A stretch of DNA of 53,482 nucleotides from assembly GCA_001781465.1 (NCBI GenBank), contig MFLD01000043.1:767-54248 (forward strand), read 5' to 3'. Position numbers and translations under genes: made by a program. Each line of letters begins with the position of its first letter. The first letter of the stretch is position 1. The DNA is from Candidatus Kaiserbacteria bacterium RIFCSPHIGHO2_02_FULL_49_16. GTDB taxonomy: Bacteria; Patescibacteriota; Minisyncoccia; Phycocordibacterales; UBA2100. The notes under the pieces are model-generated. The model worked only from the letters and a program-made list of their open reading frames with translations. It made no database searches and was not told the DNA's origin. This document shows, in pieces, positions 45,041-53,482 of the stretch.

Positions 45041-46314
45041 TAGCAAGAGAGTATACCCAAGAAAGATTTCGCCTTATCGAGTGTTTCTTTGTATTCATCC
45101 CCCTCCACTGAATCGTACACAATTCCCCCTCCAACTTGAAGATACACGCGCTCCCCTTTCTTTATTATCGTTCGTATGGCGATATTAAAATCTGCAGAAT
45201 CGTCGGGATCGATGTAGCCGATGGAACCCGCGTAAATCCCCCTTGTTATCGGTTCTAATTCGTCAATGATTTCCATCGCGCGTTTTTTTGGGCAACCGGT
45301 GACGGAACCTCCTGGAAACATTGAGATAAGCGCGTCAATGGCGCGAATGCCCTTCGCGCAGACTCCCGTGATGTGCGAATATGCATGCCAGACGCTTGCG
45401 AATGCACGAACGATGCGATTCGACACAACTCGAACTGTTCCGAACTCGCATACCTTTCCGATATCGTTCCGCAAGAGGTCGGTAATCATCGTGAGCTCGG
45501 CGGTTTCTTTTTCCGAACCGTACAACTCATTCTTGAGCTTCTCGTCTTCCGCCGGATTGGCCCCTCGGGGCCGCGTTCCCTTAATTGGAAAAGTGTTTAT
45601 CTCTCGATTGACCGATACAGAGATGAACCGCTCGGGAGACGCGCTCAATATTTCATATCCATCGGCTTCCAGATATGCCGAGAAGTCCGCATGATTATTT
45701 TTCCACATTGCGCTCCACAATTCCCGCGGGGGTTTGGCAGTCGAGCCCTCCATCCGGTGCGCGAGATTCATCTGATAGATGTCGCCCGCCAGAATATGCT
45801 GTTTTACGATTTCAAAACTGTTTGAATATGCTTTCTTTGTGATTGATGCTTGGAGCTCCTCGTGAGCGCGCGCACTAGCCGCCGAGGCAGGCGCGCGCGA
45901 AAGGATTTCCTTTACTGATTTAGAAAATGAAGAAAGCGACGAGATGTCAGCGGCGCGGATCTCAATCTCGGTTGGCCGGCAAACTGCATACGCGTCGAAT
46001 GAATAGAAAAGAATATCGGGAAGTTGGAGGTCGTTTTTCGCACGCGGCTTAATTTTATGGAGCGCGTAACCCAAATCGTATGCAAGATAGCCGAACAGTC
46101 TTCTTCCTTTTTCCTGTTCTTCGCGAACAAAACGCTTTAGGGTCTCCAGATTGCTGTCATAGCTAGCGATATAACGCTCGCGCGGATTCCATGCTATTGA
46201 ACTCTCCCAACCAGTCTCGGAACCCCTCGCGCAACACACATATTTTTCCGCGTCAGAAAGGCGATTCCATATGTCGTCGAACGAAACATTGCGCAGGATT
46301 TCGGAGTGTTGCAT
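45040..46314 (-). CDS. pabB: Aminodeoxychorismate synthase component I
   Basis: GYLAYD, GDIYQMN, SASPERF, PIKGT (Lys as in PabB rather than TrpE PIAGT), DLLRND, FPGGSVTGCPK, NIAIRT, GGGIV. Confidence 0.85.
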   Translation of the reverse strand: MQHSEILRNVSFDDIWNRLSDAEKYVCCARGSETGWESSIAWNPRERYIASYDSNLETLKRFVREEQEKGRRLFGYLAYDLGYALHKIKPRAKNDLQLPDILFYSFDAYAVCRPTEIEIRAADISSLSSFSKSVKEILSRAPASAASARAHEELQASITKKAYSNSFEIVKQHILAGDIYQMNLAHRMEGSTAKPPRELWSAMWKNNHADFSAYLEADGYEILSASPERFISVSVNREINTFPIKGTRPRGANPAEDEKLKNELYGSEKETAELTMITDLLRNDIGKVCEFGTVRVVSNRIVRAFASVWHAYSHITGVCAKGIRAIDALISMFPGGSVTGCPKKRAMEIIDELEPITRGIYAGSIGYIDPDDSADFNIAIRTIIKKGERVYLQVGGGIVYDSVEGDEYKETLDKAKSFLGILSC

Positions 46315-46327
46315 TTAGAAACTCTTT

Positions 46328-47128
46328 CTATTTCTTTTCAACCAAGTCAAAGAGGTTTTTAAATATCATCGCAACTGCAATAGGGCCTACCCCTCCCGGA
46401 ACAGGAGTAAATACGTGTGCCTTTTCGGCACATGACGGGTCCGCGTCTCCTTGTAATATTCCTGATATTTCGGTGGTCCCGGCATCCACTAGAGCCACGC
46501 CCGTTTTTATGTGTTGAGGTTTGATATATCCCGGCTTCCCCACGCCCAGTACAACGATGTCCGCGTCTTTAAGGTCTTCAATAGCACCTTCTTCGAGAGT
46601 AAATAATGAGACATTCGCGCCGAGGCGCTTTAAAAGCACCGCGGATGGAGAGCCGACTAAGCGTCCCGCGCCCACAACTACTGTGCGCTTCGCCCTTGGG
46701 TTCACTCCTGTTCGCCTCAATATTTCAACCACGGCAAGCGCAACGGGCGCGAATACGGGATGTTCGTTGTCAGGAATTGTCGGGTTGATGGCGTCTACGT
46801 CTTTTTCTTTAGGAATTGCCGCGAGCGATATGTGCGTATCAATTTCCTTTGGCAGAGGCAGTTGAACAATGATGGCATCTGTCCTCTTCGCGAGTTCTTC
46901 GATGGCCTCAATCGCCGTCGCGGTATCGGCGCCTGCTGGAAGATCTATACGAACCATCTCCACGTTTAGGCGCTCGGCCGCGCGCGTCTTGATGCGAACA
47001 AATGATTCAATAACTGGGTTTACCCCGCCAATAATAATGCCGAGCTTCAGTTTCTTGTTAAGCATCTCGCGACGCTTTGATAATCCTTTGTACAAATCCT
47101 CCGCGATCGCTTTTCCATCTATTATCAT
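46328..47128 (-). CDS. folD: Bifunctional methylene-THF dehydrogenase/cyclohydrolase
   Basis: IIDGKAIA, IVQLPLP, KDVD, VVG.G.LVG.P, VDAG, GD, TPVPGGVGP. Confidence 0.93.
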   Translation of the reverse strand: MIIDGKAIAEDLYKGLSKRREMLNKKLKLGIIIGGVNPVIESFVRIKTRAAERLNVEMVRIDLPAGADTATAIEAIEELAKRTDAIIVQLPLPKEIDTHISLAAIPKEKDVDAINPTIPDNEHPVFAPVALAVVEILRRTGVNPRAKRTVVVGAGRLVGSPSAVLLKRLGANVSLFTLEEGAIEDLKDADIVVLGVGKPGYIKPQHIKTGVALVDAGTTEISGILQGDADPSCAEKAHVFTPVPGGVGPIAVAMIFKNLFDLVEKK

Positions 47129-47131
47129 AGA

Positions 47132-48058
47132 TTATATTTTCATTGATTGTTTGAGCTCTAATATACCATCTTCCAGCGCGATAGCGGGCTCCCATCCGAG
47201 CAGAGACTTGGCCTTAGATACATCAGCACACGCTCTCTTCGGTTCGATCCTTCGCGCCACATGAGTAACAGGGCCGCCTATCATTTCCGCAATTTGATTT
47301 GCGGATACCTCCCGGCCTGTTCCAATGTTTATAACCTCTCCATGCCCAACTTTCTTCGACTCCATAGCTAGCATATTCGCCCGCACAACATCGCGTACAT
47401 TTACATAATCACGGGTATTTTTTCCATCTCCAACAATTGTCAGAGGCATATTGTCCTTTCGCAATGTTAAAAACCTAGCGACAACAAGTCCGTATGGACC
47501 CGTTGGATCAAATCGGGAACCGTACACATTGAAATATCGGAGAGATATGCACTCCATTTTGTAAAGTTCGCTCCAGAGTTTACACGCGAGCTCGCCAGTA
47601 TATTTTTGCAATCCATAAGGGCTTTTTGGGCTAACCGGCACACCCTCCTTGAGAGGCATGCTTTCTTGATCTCCATATACGGCTGCTGAAGACGCAAACA
47701 CCAGGCGTTTCACTCCTGCCGTATATGCCGCGCGCAAAACCGCCACCGTACCTTGAACATTTACCTCGAAGGATTCGACAGGATGTTCAATGGTGTACTC
47801 AACTCGAGGGAGCGCTGCCTTATGAAAAACATATTTCGCGCCTCGCATTATTTTGCTCAAGGATTTCTGGTCTCTGATGTCACACTCGTGATATTTTGCT
47901 TGCTTGTTTATTCGATCTTTGCGTTTCCCGCCTGCGAAATTATCAACCACATGAACATCGGCGCCCCTTTCTATTAGCTCATCAACAATATGCGAGCCTA
48001 TAAACCCAGCGCCGCCAGTCACAACAATCTTCTTGTTTCGCATAAATGACTTTATCAT
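47132..48058 (-). CDS. NAD-dependent epimerase/dehydratase
   Basis: VTGGAGFIGSH, ASSAAVYG, YGLQK (YxxxK), LRYFNVYG, GDGKNTRDY. Confidence 0.93.
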   Translation of the reverse strand: MIKSFMRNKKIVVTGGAGFIGSHIVDELIERGADVHVVDNFAGGKRKDRINKQAKYHECDIRDQKSLSKIMRGAKYVFHKAALPRVEYTIEHPVESFEVNVQGTVAVLRAAYTAGVKRLVFASSAAVYGDQESMPLKEGVPVSPKSPYGLQKYTGELACKLWSELYKMECISLRYFNVYGSRFDPTGPYGLVVARFLTLRKDNMPLTIVGDGKNTRDYVNVRDVVRANMLAMESKKVGHGEVINIGTGREVSANQIAEMIGGPVTHVARRIEPKRACADVSKAKSLLGWEPAIALEDGILELKQSMKI

Positions 48059-49410
48059 GAGCCTTTCGCGCTTATGATGATGCGTATTGTTTGCAGAATA
48101 ATGTATATATCAAGCAGAAGCGATCTCTGTTCCAGATAATAAAGATCGTATGAAAGTTTCGTCTTTGTTTCCGCAATATCGGCCCCATGGTGCGGATCCC
48201 TGTCGTGAAATATCTGCGCCCACCCGGTAAGCCCCGGCGTAATGATGTGCCGGGCGTCGTAATACGGAATTCGCGCGCTGTAACGGCTTGATAATGCTGG
48301 CAATTCTGGGCGCGGCCCCACGAGTGAAAGATCTCCCATAAGCACATTCCACAGTTGCGGCAATTCGTCTACGCGCAAAAGACGCAGCCATTTCCCAATC
48401 CTAGTCACATGAAGCTCAGTCTTTCCGCTCTTGCCATAAACACCTTCATCATTTCCACTCATACTTCGGAATTTTATAATGCGTATCGGTTTCTGATATC
48501 TGCCAACACGAGCCTGCGTGATGAAAACCGGGCCGCCATCGTCGAGTTTGATTGCTATGGCTACAAACGGGTACGCAAGCAATGCTAAGACTCCTGCAAC
48601 AACTGCTCCCAAAATATCGACAACGCGCTTTATTACATCATAAAAACGAGAGGAAGAGGCGCTTGCAAGCACGCGCTCATACTGCAGTAGAGAGAGCGGC
48701 ATCCGATCAAAAACTTCCTGGTACAAATCTACCACATCAACAAGGACAAATTGCCGTTTCTGGAAAGCGGCATTGTAAACTATGGGAAGCGCGGTTGAAA
48801 TCGCCTTGTCGGCAAAATCCACGACAAAGAAGTTGATGCTCTTTTCCGCGGCCACGCGACAAGCTTGTTCCACCACGTCATGCGATTTCGTTTTTTCCGT
48901 ATCAATAACGGATTTGAATTCAAATTGATATCTCGAGTCAGTCGTAAGTTCTTGCGCCAATTCGCGGGCATCAGAGCCAGACGCGATAAGAACTCCCTTA
49001 AGTTTTCTGTACGAGCGAAGGCGGGAGAAAACCTTAACGCGCCAGTAAAAGATAAGCGGGCAAGAAACGGTGAGATAAAGAAGAAGAATCGTTTTTGGCG
49101 CTAGACCAAAAGCTGGTATGAGAAAAAAGAATAGAGCGGCAATAGAAACGTTGATGGCCTGCGCGTACAAAATCACGGATGGCAACCGGTTGCGGAATAG
49201 ACGGGTGTGTTTTCCATAGAGTCCGGCAAGAAAAAAGACCGCAACCCACGCAATAAATAATATGATAAATGGGGTGAGATGCCTTTCGAAAAGAGCCGTG
49301 TTCGGGACCTCAAGATAACGGAGGGCAAGCGCTAGCCACAAAGAAATAACAAAAACCAGCACATCGCCAGCCAACAAAACAACATATTCCCGTTTGGGTA
49401 CAAGGGTCAT
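48055..49410 (-). CDS. Polyprenyl glycosylphosphotransferase (sugar transferase)
   Basis: N-terminal TMs; KRVVDI, KFRSM, DELPQLWNVL.GDLSLVGPRPE, PGLTGWAQ, YDLYY; start trimmed to ATG 49410. Confidence 0.93.
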   Translation of the reverse strand: MTLVPKREYVVLLAGDVLVFVISLWLALALRYLEVPNTALFERHLTPFIILFIAWVAVFFLAGLYGKHTRLFRNRLPSVILYAQAINVSIAALFFFLIPAFGLAPKTILLLYLTVSCPLIFYWRVKVFSRLRSYRKLKGVLIASGSDARELAQELTTDSRYQFEFKSVIDTEKTKSHDVVEQACRVAAEKSINFFVVDFADKAISTALPIVYNAAFQKRQFVLVDVVDLYQEVFDRMPLSLLQYERVLASASSSRFYDVIKRVVDILGAVVAGVLALLAYPFVAIAIKLDDGGPVFITQARVGRYQKPIRIIKFRSMSGNDEGVYGKSGKTELHVTRIGKWLRLLRVDELPQLWNVLMGDLSLVGPRPELPALSSRYSARIPYYDARHIITPGLTGWAQIFHDRDPHHGADIAETKTKLSYDLYYLEQRSLLLDIYIILQTIRIIISAKGS

Positions 49411-49428
49411 TTGACGTATCATGGCATT

Positions 49429-50535
49429 GTGAAGGAAATCAATCAATACCGCGCGGTCGCGCCGAAAAAGGTGCTTTTTCTCATTACCAAAGCCACGTGG
49501 GGCGGGGCGCAGCGCTATGTATTCGATTTGGCGACGCACCTGCCAAAGGATGAGTTCGAACCCGTTGTCGCATACGGAGTTCCTGGCAAACTTTCTGATG
49601 ATTTGAAGCGCGCTGGCGTTTATACGCATGAAATTCCTGCGCTCGGACGCGATGTCGCAATTATTTCCGACATTAAAAGTCTTCTCCAGATTATTCGATG
49701 CATAAAAAAAGTGCGGCCAGATGTCCTTCACGTGAATAGTTCCAAAGCGGCGGCGCTCGGAGCGCTCGCGGGCCGCCTCTGCGGAGTCCAAAGAATCATC
49801 TTCACTGTCCACGGCTGGCCGTTTAAAGAGGATAGAAACTTCTTCGCACGCAAGCTTATTCATTTTATAAGTTGGTTCACTGCGTTTCTTTCGCACGCGA
49901 CGATTGTCGTTTCAAAGGCTGATGAAAAGATCGGGCGACACATGCCGTTTCCGAAGAAAAAAATCCATTACATCTCGCTCGGTATTGAGATGCTCACATT
50001 TCTCTCCCGCGAAGCAGCGGCCGATTCCCTTGCGATAACAACCGATGTCCCACGCATCGTGACCATCGGTGAACTGACGAAAAATAAAGGCCACCGCAAC
50101 GCGATAGATGCCATCGCCGAATTGAAGGACCGGCATATACCCTGTACGTACTACATTATCGGTGACGGCGAATTGCGCGAAGAACTTGAAGAATATGCCC
50201 TAGAAAAAGGAGTTGAGGCCCGCATCGTTTTCTGTGGTTTCATAGAGAATGCTTCGCGGCTTTTGAAAGCATTCGATGTCTTTGTCCTTCCCTCGATTAA
50301 GGAAGGTACCCCGTACGTTCTCATTGAAGCCGAAATTGCCGGCCTTCCCATTGTCGCGACCAATGTAATAGACACTTTCTGGACAGAAAGTGGAATTGTT
50401 ACGCTTGTGCCAGTTGTAAGCACCTCCCTGCTCGCCCAAGCAATTGAGCGCGCGATAGAACAACCTATCGACACGACGGTCCAACCATTTTCAACGTTAG
50501 ATAAAATGCTCAAAAAAACAATCGATTTCTACTAG
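49429..50535 (+). CDS. Glycosyltransferase family 4
   Basis: GGAQRY, FTVHGW, KNKG, IGDG, PSIKEG.P..LIEA...GLPIVAT; GTG 49429 has TATCAT 6 nt upstream. Confidence 0.93.
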   Translation: MKEINQYRAVAPKKVLFLITKATWGGAQRYVFDLATHLPKDEFEPVVAYGVPGKLSDDLKRAGVYTHEIPALGRDVAIISDIKSLLQIIRCIKKVRPDVLHVNSSKAAALGALAGRLCGVQRIIFTVHGWPFKEDRNFFARKLIHFISWFTAFLSHATIVVSKADEKIGRHMPFPKKKIHYISLGIEMLTFLSREAAADSLAITTDVPRIVTIGELTKNKGHRNAIDAIAELKDRHIPCTYYIIGDGELREELEEYALEKGVEARIVFCGFIENASRLLKAFDVFVLPSIKEGTPYVLIEAEIAGLPIVATNVIDTFWTESGIVTLVPVVSTSLLAQAIERAIEQPIDTTVQPFSTLDKMLKKTIDFY

Positions 50536-51710
50536 ACCACTCCAACCATTTCCGTCTCATCTCGCGCCTGCAAAGTAGGCCTCGCACTGCGACTTATGCC
50601 CATTAAAATTCCCAGCGCAAGATACTCGGTAAAAAGATGAGAACCTCCATAGCTCATAAATGGAGTGGTTGTTCCGGTAATCGGAAGGAGCCCGATATTC
50701 ATGCCGATGTGCACCAGAAACTGGCTTAGAAACATGATGGCAACACCAGCGCCTAAAAGTGCGCTAAAGTTGTCTGCTCCATGCGCCGCAATAAAAAGCG
50801 TACGCATGATGATTATTCCGTAGAGTCCGAATAATATTAGGACGCCTATGAACCCCCACTCTTCCGCATATGCCGCGAATATAAAGTCGGTTTGATATTC
50901 GGGCAGGTAGAGCAATTTGCTTTGTGTCCCGTAACCAATTCCCTTGCCCAAGAGTTCCCCGCTTCCAACAGCGACTGTTGATTGATACGCGTTGTACCCG
51001 CTTCCCCTAATATCGGCGAGCGGATGGATGAATGTGAGAATTCTCTGTTTTTGATATGTATGCAGACCATAGTTCCACAGAGCACCGAAGACAACTACGG
51101 CCGCAATGAGAAGCGCAAGTAGATGTTTCCACGAAATTCCGGCAACAAGAACCATTCCGAGCCAGATACAGGCGATGATGATGGCGGAACCAAGGTCCGG
51201 CTGGAAAAATACCAAGGCAAAAATCACAAAGGTGTACGTACCTGAAACTAAAATATGCCGAATGTGCGCAATTTCAATATGCCGGCGGGCAAAATATTTT
51301 GCGAGTACTATTATTAGTACTAATTTTGCCAGATCGGCTGGCTGTACGGCAAAAAGCCCAAGGTAGAACCTGTTCTGGGCACCCATTACCACTGTCCCTA
51401 TAAAATAAATGAGCGCGAGTAAAACAATTATTCCCGTAAAAAGCGCGACGACTATGGTAGTGCGTCGTAAAAACCTGTACTCTGGAATACTGGCAAGAAG
51501 GAATACAACACTGGAGATCGTTATCCATACAACCTGTTTATCAAAATAGGCATTTTCTCCAGAAAAACTATGCATGGTCACAAGACCTAAGAGAGACACG
51601 GTAAGTGCCGACACGAAAAGAAACCAGTCAACTCCGCGGAAAACTCCTCGCGAACCAAAAAAGAATGATGAATCAATTCCCGTTGCGCCTGCGCTGGCCC
51701 TCGTTTCCAT
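50532..51710 (-). CDS. rodA: Rod shape-determining SEDS protein RodA
   Basis: QPADLAK, QPDLGSA, YQKQRI, GSG...GKG, LPEYQTDFIF, P.TG...PFMSYGGS. Confidence 0.92.
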   Translation of the reverse strand: METRASAGATGIDSSFFFGSRGVFRGVDWFLFVSALTVSLLGLVTMHSFSGENAYFDKQVVWITISSVVFLLASIPEYRFLRRTTIVVALFTGIIVLLALIYFIGTVVMGAQNRFYLGLFAVQPADLAKLVLIIVLAKYFARRHIEIAHIRHILVSGTYTFVIFALVFFQPDLGSAIIIACIWLGMVLVAGISWKHLLALLIAAVVVFGALWNYGLHTYQKQRILTFIHPLADIRGSGYNAYQSTVAVGSGELLGKGIGYGTQSKLLYLPEYQTDFIFAAYAEEWGFIGVLILFGLYGIIIMRTLFIAAHGADNFSALLGAGVAIMFLSQFLVHIGMNIGLLPITGTTTPFMSYGGSHLFTEYLALGILMGISRSARPTLQARDETEMVGVV

Positions 51711-51722
51711 AACGAATGAGCG

Positions 51723-52490
51723 TTATTTGAGAGATGATGGCCGCACTAAAGGAAAAATGTCTATTCTGCCGACCGACGACGTGAAAGGGTTTGGCCAAGT
51801 AAACACAATTTTCTGTTTTTCTCCCGCATCGAGACGAGCAAGCGAAGTCATTGAAGTGGCTCTGGCATTGCCGGTCGAGTCAAAGATAACTGTTACAAAG
51901 GATAAATCCAATACGGGAGCGATTGAGACATTCTCTGCAATTGCCTCCAGGCGCGGACTTGACCCAATATCTGTGATTTCTTTATTACTTATTGATATAA
52001 CTGCCGCGCCGCTCTTCAGACGTTCCCATATCAATGGTTCTGTGAACTCAAAATACGTATGTGAAACCTTGCGATTCCCTGTATCGATTTTCATTTCATA
52101 CGCTGGTGTGATAGAAAGTGGCATGACGAACATCTTGCCCACGCGCTCGGCAACGGGGACGTTGCTCTCGTCGTACAATCCAAATCGATAACTGACTTGT
52201 CTAACTCCAGCATTCGCGTTTTCATTGACAACATAAGCAACCGAACTGTATGAACCGTCACGGACGCTAAAACTGCGCGACCAAAGTATTGACGCTGGGG
52301 AGAGAGCTCGTTCATCGAGGATTGGACACGGACCGCCCTTGTCCGGCGCTGTTTCGCCTTGATTCTGTTTTCCGTCCGTACACGTCGGCGTCTGATATAT
52401 ATATTTTGCAATCGGTATTCCGATGACAATAATCAAAAAGGATATGATGCCCAAGAGATAAATTCCTCGTCTGCGCGATGCCCAGGACAT
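51723..52490 (-). CDS. Hypothetical membrane-anchored protein
   Basis: N-terminal TM followed by a PTCTDGKQNQGE..D.GGPC Cys motif and beta-rich domains. Confidence 0.8.
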   Translation of the reverse strand: MSWASRRRGIYLLGIISFLIIVIGIPIAKYIYQTPTCTDGKQNQGETAPDKGGPCPILDERALSPASILWSRSFSVRDGSYSSVAYVVNENANAGVRQVSYRFGLYDESNVPVAERVGKMFVMPLSITPAYEMKIDTGNRKVSHTYFEFTEPLIWERLKSGAAVISISNKEITDIGSSPRLEAIAENVSIAPVLDLSFVTVIFDSTGNARATSMTSLARLDAGEKQKIVFTWPNPFTSSVGRIDIFPLVRPSSLK

Positions 52491-52569
52491 AGGGACAGTA
52501 TATAGCTTCTAGCTGGTACAGAACACCTAAGTGTAGTGCGCTGTGCGTATATATGGAAAGACTTTTTTA

Positions 52570-53160
52570 TTACGCGTTTTCAGCGTTTTCAGCTTGAGCC
52601 AAATATGCCGCTTTTTCAGCTCGAGCCAAAAGGGCTTTTTTGATTACTTCTCTGGCTTCCTGAATGCCCCGTCTTGCTTTGTCGTACAAAGGGGAAACTT
52701 GTGGATGTAATTCAGGACTTGATTCAGCTTGGCCACGCTGATCCACTAAACCAGTATTTAAAAGAGAGTTGCTAAACGATTCTATCATCGTCGGATTAGA
52801 ATAACGCACAAATTTTCCCGCACCTGCGTCGACTTTGATCCATATCTCATCATTGGGAACATCAATTTTTGCCGTTTTGGTCGTCAGATACTTTTTCCCC
52901 CCATTGATAAATGGTTCCATTCTGCAACTAAACATAATTGGTTTTGCAGGACATTTCTCATAAAGCCTTTCCTGAATCTCATCAGCTCGTTTTTCCAATG
53001 TCTTCAATCTACCTCCAAGTTCGTCAATTTCCGTCCCAACTCTAGACATTTCGCCTTTTAGGCGGGCTCGCTCCATGGCCCATTTGGCCCCGGCATCATC
53101 TCGCACTCCTTGATTTGGTTGCAATGCTTTGTCCAGACTACGTGCTCCATCTAATACCAT
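52570..53160 (-). CDS. Hypothetical protein
   Basis: 196-aa ORF with coiled-coil segments. Confidence 0.6.
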   Translation of the reverse strand: MVLDGARSLDKALQPNQGVRDDAGAKWAMERARLKGEMSRVGTEIDELGGRLKTLEKRADEIQERLYEKCPAKPIMFSCRMEPFINGGKKYLTTKTAKIDVPNDEIWIKVDAGAGKFVRYSNPTMIESFSNSLLNTGLVDQRGQAESSPELHPQVSPLYDKARRGIQEAREVIKKALLARAEKAAYLAQAENAENA

Positions 53161-53386
53161 AATTGCTTCTGGTTATGCTGATATAAATAAAGTGTCCCAT
53201 GTGATGTAAAGTACGTCAACCGTAAGTTCCAGAATTAATTGCAACGCCCGGAATTGGTGTCAGGCACCCCACAAATGCAACATCTATGGTGTAATATTTA
53301 TCGGTAAATCCACATGGCCAAATGAAGTTCCTTTGTTCACTGAGTTCCGGACCTCATCTAACGCTTCCGATAAATCAAATATTCTG

Positions 53387-53482
53387 TGTTGGCGGCGACC
53401 TACTCTTGCCTTGCGACTACCATCGGCGCAGACGGGCTTAACTGCCGTGTTCGGAATGAGAACGGGTGTAACACCGTCGCCA
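53387..53482 (-). rRNA. rrf: 5S rRNA (5' end beyond the window)
   Basis: Reverse complement ...CACCCGTTCTCATTCCGAACACGGCAGTTAAGC...GCCGATGGTAGT...GAGTAGGTCGCCGCCAACA contains the conserved CCGAAC, GTTAAGC and loop E motifs. Confidence 0.93.

Noticed and set aside
45866..45900. Possible further intragenic GC element in pabB (and the KATAGR segment in rpoD)
   Set aside because: Similarity to the hairpin family is partial and cannot be distinguished by eye from Ala/Arg-rich linker codons.
49411..49896. N-terminal extension of the sugar transferase (613-aa call)
   Set aside because: It overlaps the GT4 gene on the other strand; the recognisable protein begins at 49410.
1..53482. Alternative genetic code (TGA = Gly)
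   Set aside because: valS, rpoD, tsaD, tsaC and secD end at TGA at plausible C-termini and long genes have no internal TGA.

Overview
A 53.5 kb stretch of bacterial chromosome, inferred to come from a Patescibacteria/CPR (Parcubacteria-like) genome. The inference rests on the compact RpoB, short ValRS and family repertoire; genes end correctly at TGA, so the genetic code is 11. The housekeeping backbone is rpoB-rpoC, dnaG-rpoD, valS, tsaC, tsaD, secD-secF, rodA, folD, pabB, pdxS-pdxT, argF, alkA and ogt, plus four tRNAs (Ser-GCT, Ser-CGA, Glu-TTC, Val-GAC) and a 5S rRNA cut by the right edge. Accessory DNA includes two restriction-modification pairs, a PemK/MazF-like toxin next to an IS1595 remnant, and several hypothetical genes. 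The most striking unexplained layer is a dense population of small palindromic or repetitive elements in several families. It includes three copies of a ~170-nt multi-hairpin element with compensatory base changes and many 26-48 bp near-perfect palindromes. It also includes 16-66 bp elements sitting in frame inside essential genes (rpoC, dnaG, valS, tsaC, five in tsaD), one nested inside another. Other notable points: a HTH/LAGLIDADG-like ORF whose stop codon lies in the tRNA-Val anticodon loop, a predicted small convergent RNA behind the orphan toxin, a histidine-phosphatase domain inside ValRS, and a recurring -10 box 6 nt before start codons (leaderless mRNAs). All family assignments come from motif recognition by eye; no searches were run.
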